Source: Antedon mediterranea
Taxonomy: Eukaryota > Animalia > Echinodermata
DNA length: 64,000 bases
Assembly (NCBI RefSeq): GCF_964355755.1
Contig: NC_092673.1
Coordinates: forward strand, 32,175,648-32,239,647
Direction of reading: 5' to 3'
Shown in pieces: positions 1 to 11,900 of this stretch; positions within the stretch are counted from its first letter, which is position 1, and the number at the start of each line of letters is the position of its first letter. The notes under the pieces were generated by a model, which saw only the letters and a program-made list of their open reading frames with translations, had not been told where the DNA came from and did not search any database. The position numbers and the translations under genes were made by a program.

Positions 1-1417
1 TAGCTATAATACGGGTCAAACCGTACCAATGGCTGCCAACTCGTACCCATCAGCCATCATGGATGGGCTAGAATACTACTTACAGGTTAGGTTAGCCTAG
101 CTGAGCTAACCTACCTCACCTCTCTCGAAAATGCGACCGAAATTACTGAAGCCCAGGCCTAATTAACTAGAGCAACTAACCAACCAGGCCTACTTAATTT
201 AAAATTAACTCTATAGGCCTAGGCTAGCTAGCCCTCTAGATAGATTAATTAGTGATCCGTAGTAGTGGGCTAACACCTTTGGCTCTACTACGAGGCCTTT
301 TTATGCTCATAGGATAGCTTTTTTTGCGGCGTACCTAATGTAGGCCTATGCCTATCTAGGCCTAGGCCAGATTTCCCATTCTCGCAGGACTATAGCCTAT
401 GCTCTAGTAGGGCTAGTGGGTGTACCCTGGTCGACTCGTACCCATGCCAACTCGTACTTAACTTCCTACCCACCCCCTCATACCACCCAAATAATTGGTT
501 GATTTCACGCTAGTAGGCCTAGCCTAGCTACGATATTCATTATGCCCTGCTAAAAAAGTAGATGAGCTACTAAACAAATTACGTAATTCGTACAATAATT
601 GACTAGGCTAGGCCTAGGCTAGGCCTTTCTTGCATGGCAATACCAAAACCTGTTACTATTCTGGTTGCCGAGTGGATTTTATATTGAATATAGTCTATAA
701 CGTTACAAATTGTCTCCAGATAGGAACCTAATGACAGCGATATCGTGTATTAAAAGTACTTAATACAGTCAGATAGGTCTCTGGTAGACTGTCGACAGTC
801 TTCCACGTTGAGTGTACTAACAGCAACAGAATCGGGTGACGTTCTATATAAACATCAGATAAGCCGTTGATTCCATCTCCCAAAAACGTGCCAATATTTG
901 TTATAACGTAAAAGATAGCCCAACTGTCCACTAGAGAGAGAGTTTATTGAATTACAATATTCTGTCTGTCATCGAAAAATATATGATATACATTTAATTT
1001 TTTTAATGTAATATTTCCAGACGGTGACAAATATGTCTTGACTATAATATACATCATACCGTTTTGAATGTCCGTTTAAAAATAGCAGAGAAATGCAGTT
1101 TGTTTTAATATAGATATAGGCCTAATATGCAGTTTGTCCACCAGAGGGAGCTTTTGGACCAAAGTTCTTTTTAACTAAATAATTTGTCTAGGACTGGTGT
1201 GATCGTGTATTTCAGCTTGGATGGGTAGGGGGTGGGGGAGTTCATGTTTGGTCGATAACATGTTGAACGGAGGGGGTGGAAGGGGGTATGGTGTGTAGGG
1301 ATAGGCCTACACCGTGTGTAACTGAAGTGTCTACCAGAGAGAGTTTAAGGGCATCTTTACATACATTTGTATTTAGTACATTTATATCGATCAATTACAA
1401 ATAGCAACAGGTACGTT

Positions 1418-2506
1418 CTATATGAACATCAGATAAGCCGTTGATTTCATCGCCCAAAAACGTGGCTCGTCATCACCCGAAGTAAATATTATTTCATAAG
1501 GCCGTTGAAACCTACAATGTAAAATTGAAAAGATGTTAAGAAGAGATAAAATGAATAAAATATTCACACACTAAAGCCAAATTTATATAAATTATGCAAT
1601 ATATAAGGATGCAGTAGACAACGAACAAATGATTTAATTTAGGAACCATGATCGACAAAGTACTGGAACAATAAATGTAACATGGTTATGAAAACATTTT
1701 AAGAACGAAATACTTACTCATCATCCGACACAGCAATTATGTCTCCAAGCATGTCTTTCTTTTGTACCACATTTTTAATTACCAACGATGACGTTGATTC
1801 CAGTTTTTTTACGTCTTTGTATTCAGTGACGATTAAGCCACTTGCCTCCACCCTTTCATTTAGAGTGAAGGCAACGTCGGTGTGGTCACCCCACAGGTTC
1901 ACCTCAATGGTATCCGGCCCATCGCTTATATGGATTGTGCGTAAACGTTTATTTTCGCCAACTGTTCTCACTTCGCCAATATAAGACACGTTTCCCTCAG
2001 CCGACAGTCTTCTTTTCATCGGCAAAGCTTTGATTTGATTTAACGCAACCTTTGCTGGATTTTGATAGTTTTTAAGTACACTTGCATCAAATTCAAATGC
2101 CGCTGCTTTAAAGAAAAACTGGAGGGAAAATAATATTTAATCTCAATTGCCTTTTCAAATCAATTCCAATAACATGATTATTAGCTCAAAAAGTATCAAA
2201 CCAAATATTAAAATAGACTAGTCATACCTTTGTTTTGGCCGACAATGAAACTTTATCGCCCAAGGTATCGACTGAACAATTTTTAACAGTTATAAATGTT
2301 CCTCTTTCTAACGCCAGTATCTTATCTATTATGCTTCTCGTTAGGGCCGTACTTTCATTTATAAAACACTCGAAAATTTTATTGTGATCTTTTAACATCA
2401 CATGTCCTTTTATGAACTGTCTGGCTGTTGGACCCTTTCCAATTGTGCGAGACTCGAATGGCTCTACAATATACAAATTAACAGACTTCTCGACTCTGCT
2501 CTGCAT
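1418..2506 (-). CDS. OB-fold (RPA/SSB-like) protein, left palindrome copy, C-terminally truncated (~257 aa)
   Basis: Exons 2506-2228, 2118-1718, 1511-1418 with GT-AG introns; near-identical inverted copy of 3174-4215; exon 3 runs out of the palindrome at 1465 and stops after PRFWAMKSTAYLMFI. Confidence 0.7.
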
Positions 2507-4215
2507 TTTGTTAGTGTATTATACCAATAGGCCTACAATGTATATTTAGCAGTTTTTCCAAGTGAATGAGATGAGTTCGTACATGCCACTTTTATATATC
2601 CATTGAGTACAATAGCAACAACTATCGACCAATCAATTTAACTAAAACCAATTCAATATTCAAATTAGTACTACACATCGGAAGCAATTACGTAACTACC
2701 AGAACGAAATACAATTGATTTTAATAGCTGTTCGTGTTTCCTTTATATTTATTTAAATTAGTACTAATTGTCTTTTTATTCAGTATTATACTGAATAAAA
2801 AGACCAGAACGAAATACAATTGATTTCAATAGCTGTTCGTGTTTCTTTTATATTTATTTAAATTAGTACTAATTGTCTTTTTATTCAGTATAATACTGAA
2901 TAAAAAGACAATATAGTACTAATTTAAATAAATATAAAAGAAACACGAACAGCTATTAAAATCAATTGTATTTCGTTCTGGTAGTTACGTAATTGCTTCC
3001 GATGTGTAGTACTAATTTGAATATTGAATTGGTTTTAGTTAAATTGATTGGTCGATAGTTGTTGCTATTGTACTCAATGGATATATAAAAGTGGCATGTA
3101 CGAACTCATCTCATTCACTTGGAGAAACTGCTAAACATACATTGTAGGCCTATTGGTATAATATACTAACAAAATGCAGAGCAGAGTCGAGAAGTCTGTT
3201 AATTTGTATATTGTAGAGCCATTCGAGTCTCGCACAATTGGAAAGGGTCCAACAGCCAGACAGTTCATAAAAGGACATGTGATGTTAAAAGGTCACAATA
3301 CAATTTTCGAGTGTTTTATAAATGAAAGTACGGCCCTAACGAGAAGCATAATAGATAAGATACTGGCGTTAGAAAGAGGAACATTTATAACTGTTAAAAA
3401 TTGTTCAGTCGATACCCTGGGCGATAAAGTTTCATTGTCGGCCAAAACAAAGGTATGACTAGTCTATTTTAATATTTGGTTTGATACTTTTTGAGCTAAT
3501 AATCATGTTATTGGAATTGGTTTGAAAAGGCAATTGAGATTAAATATTCTTTTTTTCCCTCCAGTTTTTCTTTAAAGCAGCGGAATTTGAATTTGATGCA
3601 AGTGTACTTAAAAACTACCAAAATCCAGCAAAGGTTGCGTTAAATCAAATCAAAGCTTTGCCGATGAAAAGAAGACTGTCGGCTGAGGGAAACGTGTCTT
3701 ATATTGGCGAAGTGAGAACAGTTGGCGAAAATAAACGTTTACGCACAATCCATATAAGCGATGGGCCGGATACCATTGAGGTGAACCTGTGGGGTGACCA
3801 CACCGACGTTGCCTTCACTCTAAATGAAAGGGTGGAGGCAAGTGGCTTAATCGTCACTGAATACAAAGACGTAAAAAAACTGGAATCAACGTCATCGTTG
3901 GTAATTAAAAATGTGGTACAAAAGAAAGACATGCTTGGAGACATAATTGCTGTGTCGGATGATGAGTAAGTATTTCGTTCTTAAAATGTTCATAACCATG
4001 TTACATTTATTGTTCCAGTACTTTGTCGATCATGGTTCCTAAATTAAATCATTTGTTCGTTTTCTACTGCATCCTTATATATTGCATAATTTATATAAAT
4101 TTGGCTTTAGTGTGTGAATATTTTATTCATTTTATCTCTTTTTAACACCTTTCAATTTTACATTGTAGGTTTCAACGACCTTATGAAATAATATTTACTT
4201 CGGGTGATGACGAGC
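1465..4215. repeat. 2.75-kb near-perfect palindrome (inverted duplication) with hairpin apex at 2892
   Basis: GCTCGTCATC.. at 1465 is the reverse complement of ..GATGACGAGC ending at 4215; mirrored ORFs 1714-2025/3658-3969 and 2222-2506/3174-3458; scattered substitutions between arms (e.g. KDHNK vs KGHNT). Confidence 0.95.
2699..2908 (+). repeat. 105-bp tandem duplication, each unit ending in a 16-bp-stem hairpin
   Basis: CCAGAACGAAATAC.. starts at 2699 and 2804; hairpins GTCTTTTTATTCAGTA-TTA-TACTGAATAAAAAGAC (2770-2804) and GTCTTTTTATTCAGTA-TAA-TACTGAATAAAAAGAC (2875-2909). Confidence 0.95.
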
Positions 4216-4385
4216 ATGTCATTCTGATTACTGAAAACTCGGAGATGAATGGTGACCTCTCTACTCTTCCAATTTCGGCACACGTGACAACAATTGACAG
4301 CGGTCCATGTAGGCCTATGGAATGCGTTTCGTTAAACTTCGTCGTCGATGATGATGGTGATGTCGACTTTCAACAAACCGATTGA
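3174..4385 (+). CDS. Tandem OB-fold (RPA/SSB-like) ssDNA-binding protein, ~298 aa, 3 exons
   Basis: Exons 3174-3452, 3565-3965, 4169-4385 join in frame with GT-AG sites; exon 2 has an RPA-type OB signature (EGNVSYIGEVRTV..IHISDGPDTIEVNLWG..VTEYKDVKKLEST); acidic tail; TATA-like TATATAAAA at ~3082-3090 and AATAAA at ~4443. Confidence 0.75.
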
Positions 4386-4992
4386 AATATTATTATGGCA
4401 CAATCTAAATATCTTCAGTTGTTACTTTATAGAAAGTTTGTAAATAAATAAAAAAAAAGATAAACTTGAATAGTGTTGTTTGTTTCCATAGTTCATACTT
4501 TGTTTGGATCCATTTTTCCCGTGACTATACCTGTACCTGTGCAGATATTCTACAATTTTCTTTTTGTCCTATCGATTCGTTAATCATTTCGTCTCTGCGC
4601 CCCCTTCCATTTAAAGTTTCTCACAATAGTGACATAAACTTTTCATTGGAAAATAGCAAGGCATGAACAAAATTAATTTTAAATTTGTTTTAAAAAACTA
4701 AATTTCTTAAAACAAGTGTTATCTGCTCAACGCGGGTGACTAAATAATATATTCTATAATATGATTCGGATCTACTATTTCCATTATAACTGCATTGTTG
4801 TCGTAATCAACTTTTATTTAAGTAGAAATAAATTTACATCGTACAATATCTCTAAATTGTAATTGTAAGATATTATTTTGATGCAAGAAAATGTTAGTCT
4901 GTGACTGTTTAAAACAAATTACCGTACATTTATAATGAAGGCGTAAGACACCTTTTTCTCTAAATGTCACTATAAATCATACGTATGATATA

Positions 4993-5727
4993 CACTAAGA
5001 AATAAAATTAAACAAACGATGCGCATAGCCAAAAAAAAATTATTTTGTTAAGTGGATTTCGTTCCCATGATGAGACTCCATCTCGATATCTCAAACGATG
5101 TAGGCTATACATGATAACTGACCATCGAGCCATATACAAATCGGGATAAATCTTGAACACAGATTCCTCGTTATATTTGCCATGTCGTAACCACCTTTAT
5201 GATGCAGATACACTTCGGATTATTAATATCTCATAATAATGAAAAGGTAAGCTATTTATCCTATACATTTCATTATAAATTATACGTATGATTTATGCAC
5301 TAAGAAATAAAATTAAACAAATGATGCGGATAAAAAAATGTCTTGTTTAATATCGATCTCGGTACATCGAATGCTGTAGTATAAGCATCGCGATGATAGA
5401 ATCTTGCTAACGCAAATTCAATAGCCGGTATCACTGAACATCGAGCCATATACAAAACAATAAAAAACAATCCGATTAAAGATCCCTCCGCGTATACTGT
5501 CATAAACCCCATTTGTTACATAATAATAAAGACATTACTTACTTTTTATCTAGATTTCATTATAAATCATGTGTATAATCTATATAAACACTAAGAAATA
5601 AAATTGAACAAACAATACGGATAATAAAAAAAAACTTATTTCGTTTCGTTTTCCAAGGTGAGACTCGATCTCGGTTCTTGGAATGCCATAGACACGAGCA
5701 AAGACCACCGAGCCATACACAACTGAC
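4993..5727 (-). repeat. Three degenerate ~300-bp units, each with a tRNA-like (A box/B box) core
   Basis: CACTAAGAAATAAAATT(A/G)AACAAA recurs at ~4993, ~5298, ~5589; best core (5655-5727, minus) reads TGGCTCGGTGG..GAGATCGAGTCTC. Confidence 0.55.
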
Positions 5728-5977
5728 TAAACGTAGAAGAAAGTTTCCTCCGTGTATTTACTATGCAGTAACCATTATAGATCACATACCGCAATGCATC
5801 ATGATGCACTGTCCAAATATATACTTTTTACTTTAATATTTGAATATTTTAAAGAAGAAGGTTAATGTCATAATTTGTTCGATTCATAGGACGTTTTAAT
5901 TAATGCTACTGTAAATTTAAAACTACCAGACCAGAGAATTAAAAAAATAAATAAATTATACAGAATAGATAAGATGA

Positions 5978-8900
5978 TCAGAATTGAATTCGAATAGCTT
6001 CATGGTAGCTATAATATATTGGCAAAACTGTCGTATTTAGACAATCCAAGTCTCTCACAAAAACCAAATCCAACAAAGTACCACCTTCGGTTGTACTGCA
6101 TTCAATTACTTGTTTGTAGTTATAATTAATCATTAGGGTATATACTTGAGACGTATTTTTTAGCAGATCTTCATTAAAATCTCCCATGACTATGCAACTT
6201 GTGCTCAGCTTATGAAACTCCAACAATAACATTTCTAGGCTCTTACAAAATTGTTTTACGTTATACCCAGGGGGTCGATATATTACTGAGACAACCACAG
6301 ATTTTGGAGACGTTAACATAAACGCAATGAATTCAATATCCTTAACATTGATGTTCAGTCTACTAAAATATTTACTTTTAGCATAAACTGCAACACCGCC
6401 ATGTTCTTTATCTTTAAATTCTGATGTAATTTGGGTTGCATTAGTATAACAATTATACCTTGGCTGATGATACAGGTTGAATGTGTCAAGAGATATGTCA
6501 AAACTACTGTCATTTTTACTTAACCATGTTTCAGTCAAGCAAATAAAATCTGAATTCAAAAACAATCTATTACATTGTAAATCTGCAAAATGTTGTTTAA
6601 GACCTTGTACGTTGTGTAAGATGATTGAACACGTAGATTTTGAATAATTATCATTATATTCATAGGGAAACGACTTCATATTATGTAAACAATGTTTTAC
6701 TCTTCCGTCACAATGAATGTGTTTCGGATGAAAATTTTCAATCACAAGCCTAGATATTGACGTCACACGACTTAAAGCTACATATGCTTGTCCTGACAAA
6801 AACGTGTTTTTCAGGTTAATAACGGCCTTGTCTAATGTCATGCCTTGTACTTTATGAACTGTACATGCATATGCTAATTTTAAGGGAAATTGCTTGCGTG
6901 TATATTTTTTACCCATAGATTCCTGAAATCGTTCAATTGTTTGGGTACCAATTGCATCATTATCAAATTTAACTTTAATAGATATTGGTTTATTGTCGCA
7001 AGACTGTATTATTTCTAAAACACTTCCCATACAGCCATTCGTCATGCCTTTATCTACATCAACATTTTTAATTAACATTATTCTGGCATTAGGTGCAAGC
7101 CATAAATGACTTATTAGTGATGTTTGACTGTTAGATTTGCATGGTTTGTCACAAAGTTTGTTTTTATTTGCCCTATTCAATTCTGTATCCTGCGCTTCAA
7201 TACATATTACATCGGTACATTTGTTATGCAGCATTTCTTTGTTCCACGTATTTACATCTCTATTATATGAATAAATATGCAGTGCATCCTCACACTGTTC
7301 CCCAGTTTCACGTGATTTCAAAATTGCCAACGATTCATCAGATAAAATGTCACCTCTTTCAAGTATTCGCAACTTATTTAGTAGAATGGCGAATTCTGCA
7401 TCACCTTTTTGCCTCATTATTTCATCTAAATTCACTTTCTCAAAATTATCAATCCATAATGCTCCTTGAATCGTTTGTGCATATAAAGGCATACCCTTAA
7501 CAGGAGGTAATTGATAAAAATCACCAACTGCAATAATTGAAACTTTGCCAAAGGGAGAATCATCACGTGACTGTTTAATTTGTCTTAATCGACCATGAAT
7601 ATACCACAATAGCTTTTGATCTACCATAGATATCTCGTCAATTATTAAAATTTGCAATTGACAAAGATAATTCCGAAGTTGATTGATCTTTTCTTCACCA
7701 AGAGGCTGATATGGAAATGAAACGTTTACAGGAATTGACAATGCACTGTGAATAGTTTTACCGTTAATATTGTATGCTGCAATTCCCGTCGGAGCCACTT
7801 TTAAAATTGATACATCATCAGGTTTTTGCATCATTTTTCCTAAGATTCGTGTTCCTTCATTAAAAATACATTTCACCACGTGCGACTTTCCAGTACCCGC
7901 ACCACCACTAATAAATATATTAAAGGGGCCAGGCTCTTTTCCATTTAACTTATCTAAACACCATTGTCGGATTTTGTAAAACAGTTGTTGTTGCGTTTTA
8001 TTCAAACTCCTAATCATCTTGTTGCTTACTTGTCGTAATACATTAATTGACGAAAGTGATGGATTTTCTAATGTATACATTTTTTTTTTCTCATGACATA
8101 AATCTGGAATATTGAATTCATCTTCAATATCATCAGTATTTACATTCGGTTTCGGATGTGTTAATCGTTCAACTTCACTTTCAGGACACAAAAGTCCCCA
8201 TGCATCTTCCGGTATTCCAAACTTTTCAATATAATCTTGAGCTTGATCGATTTTATCAGCGTTTTTTTCATATTGCTGCAAATTGTCATGAACAATAGAT
8301 TTTACACCTTTTAAACTACTTCCATTTAATCTAACAAAACCTTTTTCATAAAACTCTTCATATGTTACAAATTGTGGTGGTTTTAGTTGTTCATCTATAC
8401 GAAATGGAAGGAATAGTTGCATTAAACTCAGGTAATATTTTTCGGGTGATATGTCTCGTACAAACCTAGGATATCTCAAAACGGCATTTGCACTTCTTGA
8501 CCGTTTTTGGATATATCCTAATTTATTTTTTAGCTTGAATACATTTTTTTTCTGTTTACCTGTGTTAGTTTCTGATGTTTTTATGATTCTAAAGTATGAA
8601 CAAAAAGCGGCCAGACACATATTGTCAAAGTCATGTCCATCAGGTCGAGCTCTGTATCTATCAAGTTTATTTGGCATCCAAACAATTTCTTCATCATCCT
8701 CTTTGGTTTTTATTACACTGAGTGGCAAACTCATTCTGATTGGATTTGGTCCAACTGGAATAAACTCAACTTTCCTCGACCCTTCCTTTAATCGTAAGCT
8801 GCAAACACGAAATACACTTTCTTGAGCAGACACTTCACGATTTTGCATATATACATTACCAAGTTTTCTAAGGCTTTGTCTAGCATCTTCATTTCCATCT

Positions 8901-11900
8901 TTCATTTCAGATTCAGCCGAAGACAAAAGTAAGCCCATCTCTCTCTCAGCTTTTGACATATATGATACCACGTATGCAACACATGCATATTCATTAGAAA
9001 CATACTGTAGATCCATATTTGCATTCCATGCTCTCAGCAATTCAGGATTATACTGATTAACCCAAGCATCTTTAGGATTTCGTTTCAAAATAAAATCTTG
9101 TCTTTTAGCTATCATATTATTTGCCTCTTCAAATCTCTTCTGTGTTATTTTCATATCATTAAACAGCTGTTTTACGTCATCATACAGGATTTCATCATTT
9201 AACAAATTCTTTACTTCACTTAATATTGAACTTGCGCCTTTACTGGGATCATCCGTTTCTCTCTCATCTTTTGGAATAGGGTTAATAACAAAAGTTTTTT
9301 CCGATGGTGGCCTGGGAAAATTAAATCTACATTTTGTCCCTTTCTTCTTACAGGATTTAGAATGACTTTTAGAGTGGATTTGAACGTTACTAACAATTTC
9401 ATGTAATTCTGCGTCTTTACGTTTAGATGGTAGTTCACACGATACATATTTGTCAATGAACTTTGTAACTTCTTCATCTTTATCAATTCCCAGTCGAGGT
9501 GCATTTTCAACCCAAAATAAACAGTGACAGTGAGGACTACCACGATTTTGAAATTCTACTCGATAAAAATAATCAATTACTTTTCCAATAGGAAAAGCAC
9601 AAGATAAAATGACATGTTTTAAGAAACTGTGGAAGCGTTTGTCAAACATTCTTGCTACAGTAACAGGGTTAGATTTTAATAGATTACATTTATCAGTCCA
9701 ATCCAAATCACATAACTTTCTCCTATTGCCCGTTTGAATCAACAGTGTTTTTATTATTTCAGGCCATCTCATATCAGCTGAAGAAAATGATGCGAACCAT
9801 GTCGGTTTACCTAGTTGTCTTATCATTGCCAGTACGTCTTTTTGCGTAGCTTGCCAATATGGTGGCGTTCCACGTATCTGTTTTAAGAATTTAAATCCCT
9901 TATCAGATTTCAATATTTCTTCAACTTTATTAATATTCTTTAAGTCTGATACTTTAACAGGTTTAAAATCGTCTTTTTTATCTGAACCCTTTCTTAAGGC
10001 TATTGATACACTCGATATTACTTGCTGTATTTCATACAGACATTGTGAAAAGAACAGGTATTCAGTATTTCTTGCAAACCTATTATCAACATGCATCAGT
10101 CTATTTAAAAAATATCGACCAAGTGTTAACTTCACACTTCTAAAATCATGAAAAGTTCCTTTTCCAGTTGGATACAGTCGGGGAAAACACTTTCCCTCAT
10201 TGCTTTCATTGTTCAAAAGTGCAACAGGACTATTTCCCTCACAAGGTGCACATGCAATAATGTGATCAAAATAATTATCAAGTATTTCTTGTCTCATATC
10301 AATTCGTTGCAAACATGTATCCAATTGTACACCGCACAATCTGGAATTTAACTCGTCTTCTGTTCCTTCTTCTTCATTAAAAGATAAAAGCTCTTTTTTT
10401 TCATTTAAATTATTTGACAAATCACTATTCCAGTCCTCATTTACAAATACATCAGAATACCATTTATTATGATGCTGTAAATATTGTAACGCTTGTATTA
10501 CCTTCGATTTACTTACATATTTATACTCATAATAGCCTTTGTAAGACAACTTTCTTTTCAATTTCACCCGGATCATTTGGTCATCAGTTTGTGTTCTAGG
10601 TAACATTGTAACTGTTTCAACTGTGTTTGACGGGACGCAAACAACTGGCCCATGTATTCCATTCTGCCCTCCTTTAGGCAAATTTAATATTTTCATAAAT
10701 GGGATATTAATGGCAATCAAATGTTGTTCTAAATTATTTAAATCTACAAGTTCTTTTGGAATATCTTCCAATTGCAAATTATTTGTAAATGCTTCCGCCG
10801 GTACATCCCCATTTAAAAGCTTTCTGTGACATGTAAAGCACACCCATAAATGTTGCATTGATGACTTCGCAATTTCACAGTCATTATTACATTCGTAATT
10901 ACAAATATGCAAATACTTGTCGTTGATACACGACTGAACTTTATATTTAGTTTTCAGACATATCATAACTTGCTTTCTAAATAAAAGCTTCAAACAAACA
11001 CAACATACATACTCCGGTCCATTTGAGGTCATTTCCCTAAATTTGTTTAAAACATTTTCAAATTTTTTCAGTTTTACCTGTGCACATTGTTTTTGTTTAA
11101 CATTTTTTTCTTCAACCTTTTTCCTAAACTCTTGGTCATTTTCATACTTCTCCTTTCCATAATTTTTCATAGTTTCTTTGACATTTTCTCTAAAACACGG
11201 GTCATTTTCATACTTCTCCTTTCCATAATTTTTCATAGTTTCTTTGACATTTTCTCTAAAACACGGGTCATTCTCATACTTTTCCTTTCCATAATTTTTC
11301 ATAGTTTCTTTGACATTTTCTCTAAAACACGGGTCATTCTCATACTTCTCCCTTCTATAATTTTTCATAGTTTCTTTGAAATTTTCTCTAAAACACGGAT
11401 CATTCTCATAATTCTCCCTTCCATAATTTTTCATAGTTTCTTTGACATTTTCTCTGAAACACGGGTCATTCTCATACTTCTCCCTTCTATAATTCTTCAT
11501 AATTTCTTTGACATTTTCTCTAAAATTCGGATCGTCTTCATATTTCATACTTCTATGTTGTTTCATTATTTCTTTAAATTCCTGTCTAAATTTTGAATTT
11601 TCTTTATATTTCGATCTCAAACTTTGTTTCTTCATTTCTCTAAGAACAAATGTATCATACCTTTTCCTTGCAATTTCCTTGGTCTGTTTTTTTTTATTTT
11701 GCCTAAATCTTTCATCACTGTGATATTTTATTTTTTGAGCATCAAGTACATTACATTTGTTTCTCATCGTATGTGCATTTCTCTGCTTTGTAGCCTTATC
11801 ATTAAATGTTTGTTTATTACTGATATTTTGTTCATACCGTCTTATTCTCTTCCTTTCTTTATCTAACTTTCGTTTTAGATCATCGCTTTTTTTACGACTT

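Noticed and set aside
820-1464. Short internal repeats (841-890 ~ 1415-1463; GTC(C/T)AC(C/T)AGAG x3) and ORF 728-931
   Set aside because: Real but degenerate similarity; no termini or coding signal could be assigned.
1465-4215. Palindrome as a simple read fold-back artefact
   Set aside because: Arms differ by multiple substitutions and small indels and the centre is asymmetric; an artefact is unlikely but not excluded without reads.
5655-5727. Functional tRNA gene
   Set aside because: A/B-box-like motifs are present but I could not form a convincing acceptor stem or cloverleaf; treated as tRNA-derived.
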